Below, in pieces: positions 44,862-54,901 of a DNA stretch of 64,000 nucleotides. Position numbers and translations under genes: made by a program. Positions within the stretch are counted from its first letter, which is position 1, and every line of letters starts with the position of its first letter. Under the pieces are notes generated by a model. The model searched no databases, was not told where the DNA came from, and was given only the letters and a program-made list of their open reading frames with translations. Where the stretch lies: contig JAFGMM010000090.1 in the NCBI GenBank assembly GCA_016927535.1, positions 118 to 64,117 on the forward strand, in the 5' to 3' direction. Origin of the DNA: Anaerolineae bacterium (GTDB lineage: Bacteria; Chloroflexota; Anaerolineae; Aggregatilineales; JAFGMM01).

Positions 44862-47741
44862 ATGACCAAGACAACACACAAGGCTTTCGTTTCCTGGCTG
44901 ACCACCCTTGGGGGCATATTCGTCCTCCTGGTCTTATGCTTTGTCGGCTCGCATCAGTACCTGCTTTTCCACAGCATCACCGAGACCTTGAGCGTTGTAG
45001 TCTTGATAGGCGTCTTCATCATTTTTTGGAACACCCGGCAATTCGTTGAGAACCCTTACTTTCTCTTCATCGGGGCGGCCTGTCTATTCATCGGCAGTAT
45101 CGACATGCTTCACATGCTGGCCTACAAAGGCATGGGCGTCTTCTCCGGTTACGACGCCAACCTGCCGACTCAGCTCTGGATCGCCGGGCGGTATCTCCAC
45201 AGCCTTTCTTTTCTGGCAGCGTCCTTCCTCGTCAGACGAAAGCTTAAAGTCAACTGGGTGCTCCTCGGTTTTACTATCGTCACCTTGCTGCTGATTTTAT
45301 CTATTTTCTACTGGGGCATTTTTCCCGATTGTTTCGTCGAAGGACAGGGCCTTACACCGTTCAAGCGCATCAGCGAGTACATCATCTCCTTTATCTTCCT
45401 GCTGTCCGTCTGGTTGATGTGGCGGCGGCGCCGAACCTTTGAAAGGCCAATCTTGCTGTGGATCAGCGGATCGCTCCTGGTCGCCGCCGGTTCCGAATTA
45501 GCCTTCACTCTGTATATCGATGTCTACGGGTTTGCCAACCTGTTAGGGCACATTCTAAAGATTGTCTGGATATACTTCCTCTATAGAGCCTTCGTCGAAA
45601 TCGGTCTGAGGGAACCCTATAGTCTGCTGTTCAGAGGGCTGAAGCAAAGTGAAACGGCGCTACGGGCAAGCGAAGAGCGCTATCGTCTCATTTCCAGGAT
45701 CGCGTCTGACTATTTCTACTCCCTGTCGGTATCGCCCGGCGGCGCTCTTGCCGTTGCCTGGGTTGCCGGGGCTTTCGAGCAAATAACCGGCTACGCGACT
45801 GAGGATATGAGCATTGATAAATGGGCAGCGCTCATCCACCCGGACGATTTACCCCTCACTCGGCAAATCACCCAGGCAGCGCTTGCCGGCCAATCTTCGG
45901 AGTTTGAGTATCGCATTCGGACCCGGACCGGCGAGGTGCGCTGGTTGCTCGACCATAACTTGCCAATCTGGGATGCTGCGCAAGGACGTGTCACATTCAT
46001 CCTCGGCGCGGCCAAGGATATCACCGAACGCAAACGCGCCGAGGAAGTGCTGCGTGTCGCGCTTGAAGAATCCCGGCAGCGCCGGGCGGAAGTTGAAGCC
46101 CTGCTGGAGGGGACGCGCGCCATCCTGGAGCCGCACTCGTTTGCGGTAGCGGCGCAGTTTATCTTCGACGCCTGCAAGAATCTCATCGACGCCACCTCCG
46201 GGTACGTGGCGCTGCTGACTCCAGACGGCGCGGAAAACGAGGTATTGTTTCTGGACGCCGGCGGTCTTCCCTGCACAGTTGACCCAGAGCTGCCCATGCC
46301 GATCCGGGGGCTGCGCGCCGAAGCTTACCGGAATAACACGGTCGTGTACGATAATACCTTTCCCCAGAGCGACTGGATGCGGTTTCTTCCGAATGGTCAC
46401 GTGCGTCTCGAAAATGTGCTTTTTGCTCCCCTGGCAATTGAAGGGCAAGTCGTCGGGCTGCTCGGCCTTGCTAACAAACCGGGCGGGTTTACCGACCACG
46501 ACGCCCGGATGGCTTCGGCGTTCGGCGAACTGGCCGCCATTGCGCTTCGCAACAGCCGGACCCTGGACGCACTCCAGGAGAGCGAAGCACGCTACCGCAG
46601 TCTGTTTGAAGATTCGCCGATTTCCCTGTGGGCCGAAGATTTCTCGGCGGCGAAGGCATACATCGACACACTACGCGCCGCCGGGGTATCGGATTTGAGA
46701 GGCTATTTCGAGGCGCACCCGGAGGCCCTGGTTCACTGCGCCGCCGCCGTGAAAGTCTTTGACGTAAACCAGGCCACTCTTGACCTGTTCCGGGCCGAGG
46801 CCAAACCGGAGCTATTCGGCGGATTGGGCAAGTTTTTCGAGCGCGAGTCTTACGAGGTCTTCCGCGAGGAGTTGGTCGCCCTGGCCGAGGGCCGGCCCTG
46901 GTTCGAGAGCGAAACCGTCAGGCTGCCGTTGGTGGGACTTCCGATGCCGTGTATTGTGCGGGTTTCCATTGCGCCGGGCTACGAGAAAACCTGGTCGAAG
47001 GTACTGGCGTCGGTAATCGACATCACCGAGCGCAAGCGCGCCGAGGCCGAGCGCGAGCGCCTTGTCGCCGCACTGGACGCCTTCGCGCACACCGTCGCGC
47101 ACGACCTCAAAAATCCACTCAACGGGGTGATCGGCTTCGCCGAAATCCTCGAGATAGACCTGGGAGATAGCGCCAGCGACGATACCCGGCACTGCCTACA
47201 ACAGATTGTGCAGAGCGGCGGCAAGATGCAGCAAATTATCGACGAGCTTCTACTGCTGGCGAGCGTACGCAGACTGGCGGACGTGAAGGTAAAACCGCTG
47301 AATATGGGGATGATCGTGCACGAAGCGCTTGGTCGTCTGAGTCACATGATTGAACAGCGCCGGGCCGAGATCGTCTTACCCGACACATGGCCCACCGCAT
47401 CGGGCTATGCGCCGTGGATCGAAGCGGTGTGGGTCAATTACATCAGCAACGCGCTGAAGTACGGGGGACAGCCGCCGCGCGTAGAGCTAGGCGCCGGGGT
47501 CGAACCTGCCGGCATGATCCGCTTCTGGGTGCAGGACAACGGTCGCGGCCTCGACTCCCAAGATCAGGCGCGGCTGTTTACGCCGTTTACGCGGCTGGAG
47601 CCGGGGAAGGCCGAAGGGTACGGGCTGGGGCTTTCCATCGTGCAGCGCATCGTCGAGCGGCTCGGCGGGCAAGTAAGCGTCGAAAGCCAAAAAGGCCAGG
47701 GCAGCCGATTCTCGTTTACTTTGCCGGTGCCCACGGATTGA
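44862..47741 (+). CDS. Sensor histidine kinase MASE3-PAS-GAF-PAS-HisKA-HATPase
   Basis: YLLFHS/HMLAYKGM/NLPTQLWIA (MASE3), IHPDD PAS, AHDLKNPL, NALKY, DNGRG, GYGLGL. Confidence 0.93.
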   Translation: MTKTTHKAFVSWLTTLGGIFVLLVLCFVGSHQYLLFHSITETLSVVVLIGVFIIFWNTRQFVENPYFLFIGAACLFIGSIDMLHMLAYKGMGVFSGYDANLPTQLWIAGRYLHSLSFLAASFLVRRKLKVNWVLLGFTIVTLLLILSIFYWGIFPDCFVEGQGLTPFKRISEYIISFIFLLSVWLMWRRRRTFERPILLWISGSLLVAAGSELAFTLYIDVYGFANLLGHILKIVWIYFLYRAFVEIGLREPYSLLFRGLKQSETALRASEERYRLISRIASDYFYSLSVSPGGALAVAWVAGAFEQITGYATEDMSIDKWAALIHPDDLPLTRQITQAALAGQSSEFEYRIRTRTGEVRWLLDHNLPIWDAAQGRVTFILGAAKDITERKRAEEVLRVALEESRQRRAEVEALLEGTRAILEPHSFAVAAQFIFDACKNLIDATSGYVALLTPDGAENEVLFLDAGGLPCTVDPELPMPIRGLRAEAYRNNTVVYDNTFPQSDWMRFLPNGHVRLENVLFAPLAIEGQVVGLLGLANKPGGFTDHDARMASAFGELAAIALRNSRTLDALQESEARYRSLFEDSPISLWAEDFSAAKAYIDTLRAAGVSDLRGYFEAHPEALVHCAAAVKVFDVNQATLDLFRAEAKPELFGGLGKFFERESYEVFREELVALAEGRPWFESETVRLPLVGLPMPCIVRVSIAPGYEKTWSKVLASVIDITERKRAEAERERLVAALDAFAHTVAHDLKNPLNGVIGFAEILEIDLGDSASDDTRHCLQQIVQSGGKMQQIIDELLLLASVRRLADVKVKPLNMGMIVHEALGRLSHMIEQRRAEIVLPDTWPTASGYAPWIEAVWVNYISNALKYGGQPPRVELGAGVEPAGMIRFWVQDNGRGLDSQDQARLFTPFTRLEPGKAEGYGLGLSIVQRIVERLGGQVSVESQKGQGSRFSFTLPVPTD

Positions 47742-47754
47742 TTAAGGGTGAAAG

Positions 47755-50004
47755 CTATTCTTCGTCCAACGCCTCCAGCTTAGCGAAACTTGCCATCAGA
47801 TCTTTTCTGCCAACCTTGTCGAAGTTCACGCTCACCTTCTCGTCATTGCCCATCACCTTACTGGCGATCACCGTGCCCACGCCGAACTTGGCATGGCGCA
47901 CCCGCTGCCCGGTCTTGAACTTCGGTCTGCCGGCGTTTTTGGGCTGCCCGTTCCCGGCGCCCGCCGACTGCTTTGCAACCGGGTAGGCCGGCGTGCGCTC
48001 CCAAGTGACCGCCCGCGCGTAGCGGTCGCGCCGCCGCGCCTGCGTCACGCTCAGCGGCGCGCCGGCCTCGAACAACTCGCCGGGAACGTTGTTCAGGAAA
48101 CGCGACGGGATCATATCCTCCGAGCCGCCCCAGCGCGCCCGCCGGAACGCATAACTCAAATAAAGGTGGTCTTTGGCGCGCGTCAGCCCCACGTACATCA
48201 GGCGACGCTCCTCCGCCATCGAGTCGGGGTCGTCCAGCGACAGCGAGTGCGGCAAAACGCCCTCCTCCAGGCCGGTGAGGAACACCACGCCGAACTCCAG
48301 GCCCTTCGCCGCGTGCAGCGTCATCAAACTGGGCGCGTCGGCGTCCGCCGTGTCGGTGTCCGCGACCAGCGCGATATCCTCCAGCAGATCGCCCAACGAT
48401 GCCGGCGCTTCGCCTTTGTCACCGTCGGAGCGCACCAGCGCGCGGAGCTCCTGCACGTTCTCCCAGCGCTCCTGGCCTTCCTCGCTGCCGTCGTTAATGT
48501 ACGCGAAGTAGCCCACATCGCCGATAATATCCGAGAGCAGTTCCGAAACGGTCACGCCGGCCGCCGCCCGCACACGCCAGGCGGCCAACTGCTCCGCGAA
48601 CTCCCCCAACGATTTCGCCGCCGACGTACTCAACCGGCTTGCCGCCATCGTCGCCTGATCCACCAGCGCCAGCAGCGCCGCGCCCGGTCCCAACCCCATC
48701 CGCGCCGCGAAAGCTTCAAGCTCCTGAATCGTCTTCGGACCGATGCGGCGCGGCGGCGTGTTGATAATCCGCATCAAGCTGATCCGGTCGTCGGGGTTGT
48801 GCAGCACGCGCAGGTAAGCGATCAGGTCTTTGATCTCGCGCCGTCCATAGAAGCGTGTCGCTCCCACCAGGCGATACGGCACATTGGCGTATATAAACGC
48901 CTCTTCGAGCGCGCGGCTCTGCGCATTGGTGCGGTACATCACCGCGATATCGCGCGGCTCATACGGGCCGTTGGGCTTCATCAAGCGCCGGGCCGTGCGC
49001 ACGACGAAGCTCGCCTCGTCGCCCTCGTCGTAGGCTTCGTGCAGCGCCAGGCGCGCGCCGCCCGCCCGCTCGGTGAACAGGCGCTTGGGCGTGCGGTCGA
49101 TATTATGCGAGATCACCGCGTTTGCCGCGTCGAGAATGATCTGAGTCGAGCGGTAGTTTTGCTCAAGCAGAATCTTTTTGCGCTCCGGGAAGTCCTGCTC
49201 AAAGCGCCGCACGTTGCGATAGTCTGCGCCCCGGAACAGGTAAATGCTCTGGTTTTCGTCGCCCACCACAAAGAGATTGCGGCGTCCCTCGGCGCCGGCA
49301 AGCTGGCGCAGCAGGGTATACTGCGCCGTGTTGGTATCCTGAAACTCATCGACCAGCACCCAGCGGTAATGGTCGCGGTACTGCTCCAGAATGTGCGGGT
49401 GATCCTGGAACAGATCGACCATGCGCATCAACAGGTCGTCGAAGTCCATCGCATTGTTTTCGACCAGCAGCGCCTGATAATGTTCGTAGACCCGCCCGGT
49501 GACCTCCTCGAAATAGCTGCTCGCGCGGTACTCCTGCGGCCTAATCAGTTCGTTCTTCGCCGTCGATATCTTGCCCAGCATCGCGCCGGGGCGGTACTTC
49601 TTGGCGTCGATGTTCATCGCATCCAGCACCGCCTTGATCGCCGCCTGCTGGTCTGCCGTATCGAAGATCACGTAATCGCGCGTCAGCGGCATGTAATCGG
49701 CTTCGATGCGCAGGATGCGCGCACAGGTCGCGTGGAAGGTGCCGACGCGCAGGCCGCCCAGCCGCCCCCCCAGCAGGTGCTCGATGCGCCCGGTCATCTC
49801 TTGCGCGGCCTTATTGGTGAAGGTCACGGCCATAACCTGGTACGGCCTCACGCCGCACTGCTGGATAAGATACGCTACCCGGTGCGTCAGCACGCGCGTC
49901 TTGCCGCTGCCGGGGCCGGCCAGCACCAGCACCGGGCCGGGCGGCGCGGTCACTGCCTCAATTTGGGACGGGTTTAAGCCTTTTAACAAGAGGGAGTCGG
50001 TCAC
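47755..50004 (-). CDS. pcrA: ATP-dependent DNA helicase PcrA/UvrD
   Basis: AGPGSGKT, TFTNKAA, VDEFQDTN, NYRST, TLHAAKGLEF, EERRLMYV, C-terminal Tudor VRHAKFGVG. Confidence 0.96.
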   Translation of the reverse strand: MTDSLLLKGLNPSQIEAVTAPPGPVLVLAGPGSGKTRVLTHRVAYLIQQCGVRPYQVMAVTFTNKAAQEMTGRIEHLLGGRLGGLRVGTFHATCARILRIEADYMPLTRDYVIFDTADQQAAIKAVLDAMNIDAKKYRPGAMLGKISTAKNELIRPQEYRASSYFEEVTGRVYEHYQALLVENNAMDFDDLLMRMVDLFQDHPHILEQYRDHYRWVLVDEFQDTNTAQYTLLRQLAGAEGRRNLFVVGDENQSIYLFRGADYRNVRRFEQDFPERKKILLEQNYRSTQIILDAANAVISHNIDRTPKRLFTERAGGARLALHEAYDEGDEASFVVRTARRLMKPNGPYEPRDIAVMYRTNAQSRALEEAFIYANVPYRLVGATRFYGRREIKDLIAYLRVLHNPDDRISLMRIINTPPRRIGPKTIQELEAFAARMGLGPGAALLALVDQATMAASRLSTSAAKSLGEFAEQLAAWRVRAAAGVTVSELLSDIIGDVGYFAYINDGSEEGQERWENVQELRALVRSDGDKGEAPASLGDLLEDIALVADTDTADADAPSLMTLHAAKGLEFGVVFLTGLEEGVLPHSLSLDDPDSMAEERRLMYVGLTRAKDHLYLSYAFRRARWGGSEDMIPSRFLNNVPGELFEAGAPLSVTQARRRDRYARAVTWERTPAYPVAKQSAGAGNGQPKNAGRPKFKTGQRVRHAKFGVGTVIASKVMGNDEKVSVNFDKVGRKDLMASFAKLEALDEE

Positions 50005-50085
50005 TTGAGCCTCACTTTACGCGGAATACTTCGGACGGGCATCGAACATTTTAGCTAAGGGGTGCGGATGGGTCAACATGGTTCG

Positions 50086-50094
50086 TGTTATAAT
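50086..50094 (+). promoter_or_regulatory. Extended -10 promoter upstream of the DNA methyltransferase
   Basis: TGtTATAAT consensus. Confidence 0.55.
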
Positions 50095-50130
50095 GCAGGT
50101 GATGAAACGACAGGCAAAGCGGTTAAAGAT

Positions 50131-51081
50131 ATGACCGAAACCCCGGAACAATCCACCCTACCCTTCGAGAAACTTCCCATGAAGGGCACATTTGCCGAGA
50201 CCGACTCCGAGACCTGGAGTCCGGATATCCCTGCGCGGTTTTATACACACCCTAACGGCGAGGTCTGGGTCGGCGATGCAGTCGCGTGGCTGCGCTCTTT
50301 GCAAAGTGCAAGCGTCGATCTGGTCTTCGCCGATCCGCCCTACAACATCAACAAGGCCGAGTGGGATTCGTTTGAATCGCAGCAAGCCTATGTGCAGTGG
50401 TCGATGCAATGGGTCGAGCAAGCTGCACGTATTCTCAAACCGACGGGGACTTTATACATATGCGGGTTCTCAGAAATTCTTGCCGATCTCAATCTGCCGG
50501 CCATGCGCTTCTTCAAGGGCTGTCGCTGGCTGGTATGGCACTATAAAAACAAGGCTAATCTAAGCCAGGATTGGGGCCGTTCACACGAGAGCATTCTACA
50601 TTTCAGAAAAAGCAAAGCCTTTACTTTCAACATCGACGACATCAGAATCCCCTATGGCCGGCACACTTTGAAATATCCAGAGCGTCCCCAAGCAGAGACC
50701 AGCCAATATGGAAAAGGCAAGGAACACACCTGGCAGCCGCATCCAGACGGCGCGAAGCCCCGTGACGTGATCGAAATCCCGACCACGTGTAACGGCATGG
50801 ACGAGAAGACACCACATCCGACCCAGAAACCGGAGGAATTGCTGCGAAAAATCATCCTGGCGTCTTCTGATCCCGGCGATTTGGTAGTTGACCCCTTTCT
50901 CGGATCGGGCACGACGGTGGTTGTGGCCGAACAGCTTAAGCGCCGGTGGATGGGCTGCGACATCTCGCCGGAGTACTGCCGGTGGGCTGCTGAACGTATC
51001 GAGTCGGCGCTCAACTGGCCGGTCGCAAAATGGATTGAATATGACCTGACGAACGCTCGCCGCAGGAAGTCGATCCGATGA
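50131..51081 (+). CDS. Site-specific DNA methyltransferase (N4-C/N6-A, beta class)
   Basis: DPPY precedes HPTQKP and DPFLGSGTT. Confidence 0.93.
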   Translation: MTETPEQSTLPFEKLPMKGTFAETDSETWSPDIPARFYTHPNGEVWVGDAVAWLRSLQSASVDLVFADPPYNINKAEWDSFESQQAYVQWSMQWVEQAARILKPTGTLYICGFSEILADLNLPAMRFFKGCRWLVWHYKNKANLSQDWGRSHESILHFRKSKAFTFNIDDIRIPYGRHTLKYPERPQAETSQYGKGKEHTWQPHPDGAKPRDVIEIPTTCNGMDEKTPHPTQKPEELLRKIILASSDPGDLVVDPFLGSGTTVVVAEQLKRRWMGCDISPEYCRWAAERIESALNWPVAKWIEYDLTNARRRKSIR

Positions 51082-51258
51082 CAAACTTTACATTGGCCGA
51101 CTTGCAGGCAAGTATACAGGATAAATCCGCTTTTGCTGGACGGCGTTTATTACGTCGATCCCCGGCCCGAAATGGTCTCCGATGAACGGCTGCGCGAAGA
51201 AATCGGCGACTTCAAGCGCTTCCTCGTCCGTGATTTATGGCTGCTCTCAAAACCCTAA
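51078..51258 (+). pseudogene. Internally deleted remnant of the MTase partner gene (probable restriction endonuclease)
   Basis: ATGA-coupled start MTNFTLADLQASIQ, then a frame change to INPLLLDGVYYVDPRPE...RFLVRDLWLLSKP*. Confidence 0.5.
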
Positions 51259-51288
51259 GCAATCCCCTGTTTGAGGTCAAGATATACA

Positions 51289-51996
51289 ATGAAAAAGCTT
51301 ATCGTTTTTGTGATCGCGCTGGGCGTGGGTGCGCTCGTGTGTGCGTGGCTGCTGGCGCGCAAAGGCGCGCGCACCCGGATACAGCGCCATCTCTGGCAGC
51401 CGTTCTACAATCGGGCTTCCGGCCTCTACGACCTGTTAGACTCGCTCACGCTGGGCTGGCTGCCGCGCCTACGCCGCCCCGCGCTCGACGCTCTCCCTGC
51501 GCCGCCGGCGCGCGTGCTGGAGGTGGGTATCGGCAGCGGGCGGCTCCACGTGCAGCTTGCCGAGCATTACGACGCTGCCGGGCTTGACCTTGCGCCGGGT
51601 ATGGTGGATTACACACGGCGGCGGCTAGCCAAGCGCGGCCTCGTCTCCGACCTGCGGCAGGGCAGCGTGACCGCCATCCCCTGGCCCGACGCCACTTTCG
51701 ACGCCGTGGTCAGCACCTTCGCATCCAGCGCCTTTCCCGACGCGCAAGCTGCCGTGAGTGAGATGGCGCGCGTGCTCAAACCCGGCGGCAAGGTCATCAT
51801 AGTAGACGCCGGCGACGCGCTCGACGGCAATCGAATCGCGTGGCTGCTGGCGCGCGCCTGGGAGGCCATCGGCGACTACATGCGCGACGAGCGTCCGTAC
51901 ATGCAGGCCGCCGGCCTGGTCGATATCACACGCCGTGACTACGGCCCGTGGAACTGCGTCCACATCACCGTGGGCGCCAAGCCGGGCCGTCTCTAG
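51289..51996 (+). CDS. Class I SAM-dependent methyltransferase (UbiE-like) with N-terminal anchor
   Basis: VLEVGIGSG, FDAVV, EMARVLKPGG. Confidence 0.9.
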   Translation: MKKLIVFVIALGVGALVCAWLLARKGARTRIQRHLWQPFYNRASGLYDLLDSLTLGWLPRLRRPALDALPAPPARVLEVGIGSGRLHVQLAEHYDAAGLDLAPGMVDYTRRRLAKRGLVSDLRQGSVTAIPWPDATFDAVVSTFASSAFPDAQAAVSEMARVLKPGGKVIIVDAGDALDGNRIAWLLARAWEAIGDYMRDERPYMQAAGLVDITRRDYGPWNCVHITVGAKPGRL

Positions 51997-53333
51997 ACCT
52001 CCCGCGCCGCCTCGAACAGCAGTTCACCCATCGTCGGGTGCCCGGCGAACACCGCCGCCAGGTCGCGCGTGCGCGCGCCCTGCTGAAGCGCCACCGCCAG
52101 CGGCGCCATCGCATCGACCGCGTGCGGACCCAGCGCCGCCCCGCCCAACACCGTCTTGTCCTCAGCGTCGATCACCAACTTGAGCAGACCCGCCGGCTCG
52201 CCGTCCAGATTGGCCTTAAGGTTGTCCGTGTACTCGCACCGCACGACGCGCACCACGCGCCCGGCCCCATTCGCCTCCGCCTCGGTCATGCCAACCTGCG
52301 CCGCCTCCGGCCCGGTGTACACCGCCTCGACGACCGTCTCAGAGCGGTACGGCGCGACCGGCGCGCCCAGTGCGTGCCGTGCTGCGATATAACCCTGCGC
52401 CATGCCCTTATTCGCCGTCATCGGCGGGCCGGTCACGTCGCCCGCCGCATAGATGCCCATCTCACTGGTCCGCCCGAATTCGTCCACCGGAATCCCCCGG
52501 CGGCCCGCTTCGATGCAGGCTGCCTCCAGGTTCAAGCCGTCCAGGTGCGGCGCGCGCCCGATGGCGACAAATGCCATATCTGCGCGCAGCGTCTCGCCGC
52601 CGCGTAGCGCCACCGTCACGCCGCCGCCGTCCGCCGCCGACTCGACCGGGCTGCTCTTTCGAATCGCCACCCCACGCGCCGCCAACACCGCCTCCAGCCG
52701 CCCCCTGATCTCATCGTCGAAGCGCGGCAGCAAAATGTATGGCAAATCGGTGACGAGGGTTACGTCTACGCCCAGCGCGTTGAACATATACGCGAACTCC
52801 GCGCCGGTCGCGCCCGCGCCGATCATAATCAACGACCGGGGCAGTTCGGCCAGTTTGCCCATAAAGCGCGGCGCGATAATGCGCATCGGGTCCGGCTTGA
52901 CGTTGGGCAGAAAAATCGGTCCTGACCCGGTGGCAATAATCACGCTGTCCGGCTCGACGATATCTTCGCCGCCGGCGCGCCCGATGCGCACCAACTCAGG
53001 ATCGACGAACGACGCCTCGCCCTGCACGACCTTCACACCCGCCGACTCGAGGCGCTTGTGATAGCGCCCGCTCATGGTGCGGCTCAGGTCGGCAATGCGC
53101 CCGGTGAGCGCCTTGAGATCGGGCGCGATATCGGATGGGCCGAGACTCAATCGCCGGCCGGCGATTGCCAGCCAGGTCTTGCTGGGAAGCAGGCTGTGCC
53201 AAGTCGCGCGCCCGCCCAGGCGCTCGCGCTCGACCAACGTCACATCTGCGCCCAACCGCGCCGCCTCATATGCGGCGGCCATGCCCGCCGGCCCGCCGCC
53301 GATAACCACCAACTGGTGCTCGCTTAGCTGCAT
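51993..53333 (-). CDS. Dihydrolipoamide dehydrogenase-like flavoprotein lacking the redox cysteines
   Basis: GGGPAG, ATGS, GAGATGAE, AAGDV, HPTMGE; the CxxxxC position reads ATWHSL. Confidence 0.85.
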   Translation of the reverse strand: MQLSEHQLVVIGGGPAGMAAAYEAARLGADVTLVERERLGGRATWHSLLPSKTWLAIAGRRLSLGPSDIAPDLKALTGRIADLSRTMSGRYHKRLESAGVKVVQGEASFVDPELVRIGRAGGEDIVEPDSVIIATGSGPIFLPNVKPDPMRIIAPRFMGKLAELPRSLIMIGAGATGAEFAYMFNALGVDVTLVTDLPYILLPRFDDEIRGRLEAVLAARGVAIRKSSPVESAADGGGVTVALRGGETLRADMAFVAIGRAPHLDGLNLEAACIEAGRRGIPVDEFGRTSEMGIYAAGDVTGPPMTANKGMAQGYIAARHALGAPVAPYRSETVVEAVYTGPEAAQVGMTEAEANGAGRVVRVVRCEYTDNLKANLDGEPAGLLKLVIDAEDKTVLGGAALGPHAVDAMAPLAVALQQGARTRDLAAVFAGHPTMGELLFEAAREV

Positions 53334-53422
53334 GACGATCTACTCCGTATCAGGGAAATCGACTCTGTTCTACTCAATTAGATGCAAAAACTTGTGCTGG
53401 GTTGGATGATGCAGGGATGAAA

Positions 53423-54355
53423 TCACCACCACACCCGGAACGAGGTCTCGGCCTCGGCGCTCAGACCGCCATATGCTGCCCGGACGCGCACCACCACCAC
53501 CTTACCCGGCGGCACGCCCACCGCCTGCATTGCCAACTGCGCCAGCCCATCCATACCGGTTGCAAGCACAGTTTCCTCGCAGACCGCCTGCCCGCCCTGC
53601 CAACATGTCAGGTTCACCTTAGCATCGGCGACCGCGCCGCCCACCTGGTCTACCACGCGGACGAATACGGTCTGTTCCTCGTCCACGCCCAACACGGGCC
53701 GCGCCGCCGAGGCGCGCACGGCGAGGCTGGTCACCGCACGCGCCCGCCCGCCCGGAACCGGCGCCGGTCGCAAGAGCTGCGGGTCCAGGTTTAGCCGCGC
53801 AAAGACCACCGTACCCAGGTCGGTCAGGCGCACCGGGCGCGCCGGCGTTTCGGAGTACCACCACTCAAAGCGCGCGTTTTCGAAATACTGCACCGTGCGC
53901 CCGTCCTCGATCAGCAGGCCGGTAATCGGCGCGCCGAAGATGGCTTCGTCGCCGTGCGCCTCGTAGAACGCGCGGAACTCCCAACCCACCGCTTGTCCGG
54001 TCGCCGGGAAATAGCGTTCGGCCGGCGAGAACGCCTCCGGCGGCTTCGGTGGGTCGGGTTCGTGCAGCGCCAGACCCAGCGCCCCAAGCTGCACATACTC
54101 GGCAGCCGAGTCCATATCCCATTCGAAGCGCGCGCGCTGGAAATATTGGACGAGCCGGCCGTCCGGTCTCTCGAACGCCTCGGTGATGGAGTAGCCGAAA
54201 ATCGCTACCCCGCCGTTCGCCTCGAAGAATTCTAAAAAGACGCCGCGCACGCTGTGCCCGGATTCGTCAAAGTAACGCACCGGCTCCGGCTGCGCGGCGA
54301 CTCTCAGCGGTACTAACACCAGAAGAATTAAGAATGTCCATTTTATTACACGCAT
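53423..54355 (-). CDS. Secreted protein with YFxxT/SGH-type repeats and Ig-like C-terminus
   Basis: RYFDESGHSV...VQYFQRARFE and RYFPATGQ...VQYFENARFE; signal peptide. Start set at MRVIKW. Confidence 0.85.
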   Translation of the reverse strand: MRVIKWTFLILLVLVPLRVAAQPEPVRYFDESGHSVRGVFLEFFEANGGVAIFGYSITEAFERPDGRLVQYFQRARFEWDMDSAAEYVQLGALGLALHEPDPPKPPEAFSPAERYFPATGQAVGWEFRAFYEAHGDEAIFGAPITGLLIEDGRTVQYFENARFEWWYSETPARPVRLTDLGTVVFARLNLDPQLLRPAPVPGGRARAVTSLAVRASAARPVLGVDEEQTVFVRVVDQVGGAVADAKVNLTCWQGGQAVCEETVLATGMDGLAQLAMQAVGVPPGKVVVVRVRAAYGGLSAEAETSFRVWW

Positions 54356-54421
54356 GGTAAACCTATTATAGGACAAGCGCCAAGCGCCGCGCAAGGTGTT
54401 ATAATCGACCCACAATCGAGG

Positions 54422-54555
54422 CGACGGTGCGCGCGCTGGTCGAAGAAGCCGTCGAGGCGCGGCGTGTGCAGCGCTGGCGTGAGGGGCTGGCCGAATTGCA
54501 GCGTATGGTCAAAGCGTCCGGCAGCGTCGAAGCCGAGTTCAATACCAATGGCTAA
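54422..54555 (+). pseudogene. Truncated antitoxin-like fragment
   Basis: ATVRALVEEAVEARRVQRWREGLAELQ frame directly upstream of the PIN remnant; extended -10 TGTTATAAT at 54397-54405. Confidence 0.4.
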
Positions 54556-54566
54556 GGCGGAAAATA

Positions 54567-54886
54567 ATGCGCATTTGCCTAGACACCAATATTTTGATTA
54601 ACGGCATACGCCAGCCGGAGTCGGCTTCCGGTTTGCTATTAGAACGCCTGGAGTTCTTGACGATGTGTTTATCCCCAAGCAAGTCATGGATGAACTTTAC
54701 GACAACTTATCAAGCATAGAGCTTAGGGAATTCTACACAAGCGTCTACCCGGTTCAGCAAGTACACGTTATTTACGATCCCGTACCTGCCCGCCTTGTCG
54801 AAACCTACGTCCGAGACTTTCTGCGTCTTCCCGGCGCGCCCTTTGACGTGCTCAGACCGGAAGACATTTTGAGCCGGATTACATAA
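54567..54886 (+). pseudogene. Frameshifted, internally deleted PIN-domain toxin
   Basis: MRICLDTNILI start; frameshift near 54660 into VFIPKQVMDE; ends RDFLR...VLRPEDIL but lacks the middle acidic motif. Confidence 0.65.
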
Positions 54887-54901
54887 AAAAGGATAACGAC
54901 C

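Noticed and set aside
47893-49977. Long antisense ORFs (also 5799..7208, 20096..21565, 24720..26228, 27699..29315, 57471..58406)
   Set aside because: Shadow frames of well-supported genes in high-GC DNA, with no motifs.
50040-50085. Possible LexA box upstream of pcrA
   Set aside because: CAAC-atg-GTTC has the wrong spacing and a mismatch relative to GAAC-N4-GTTC.
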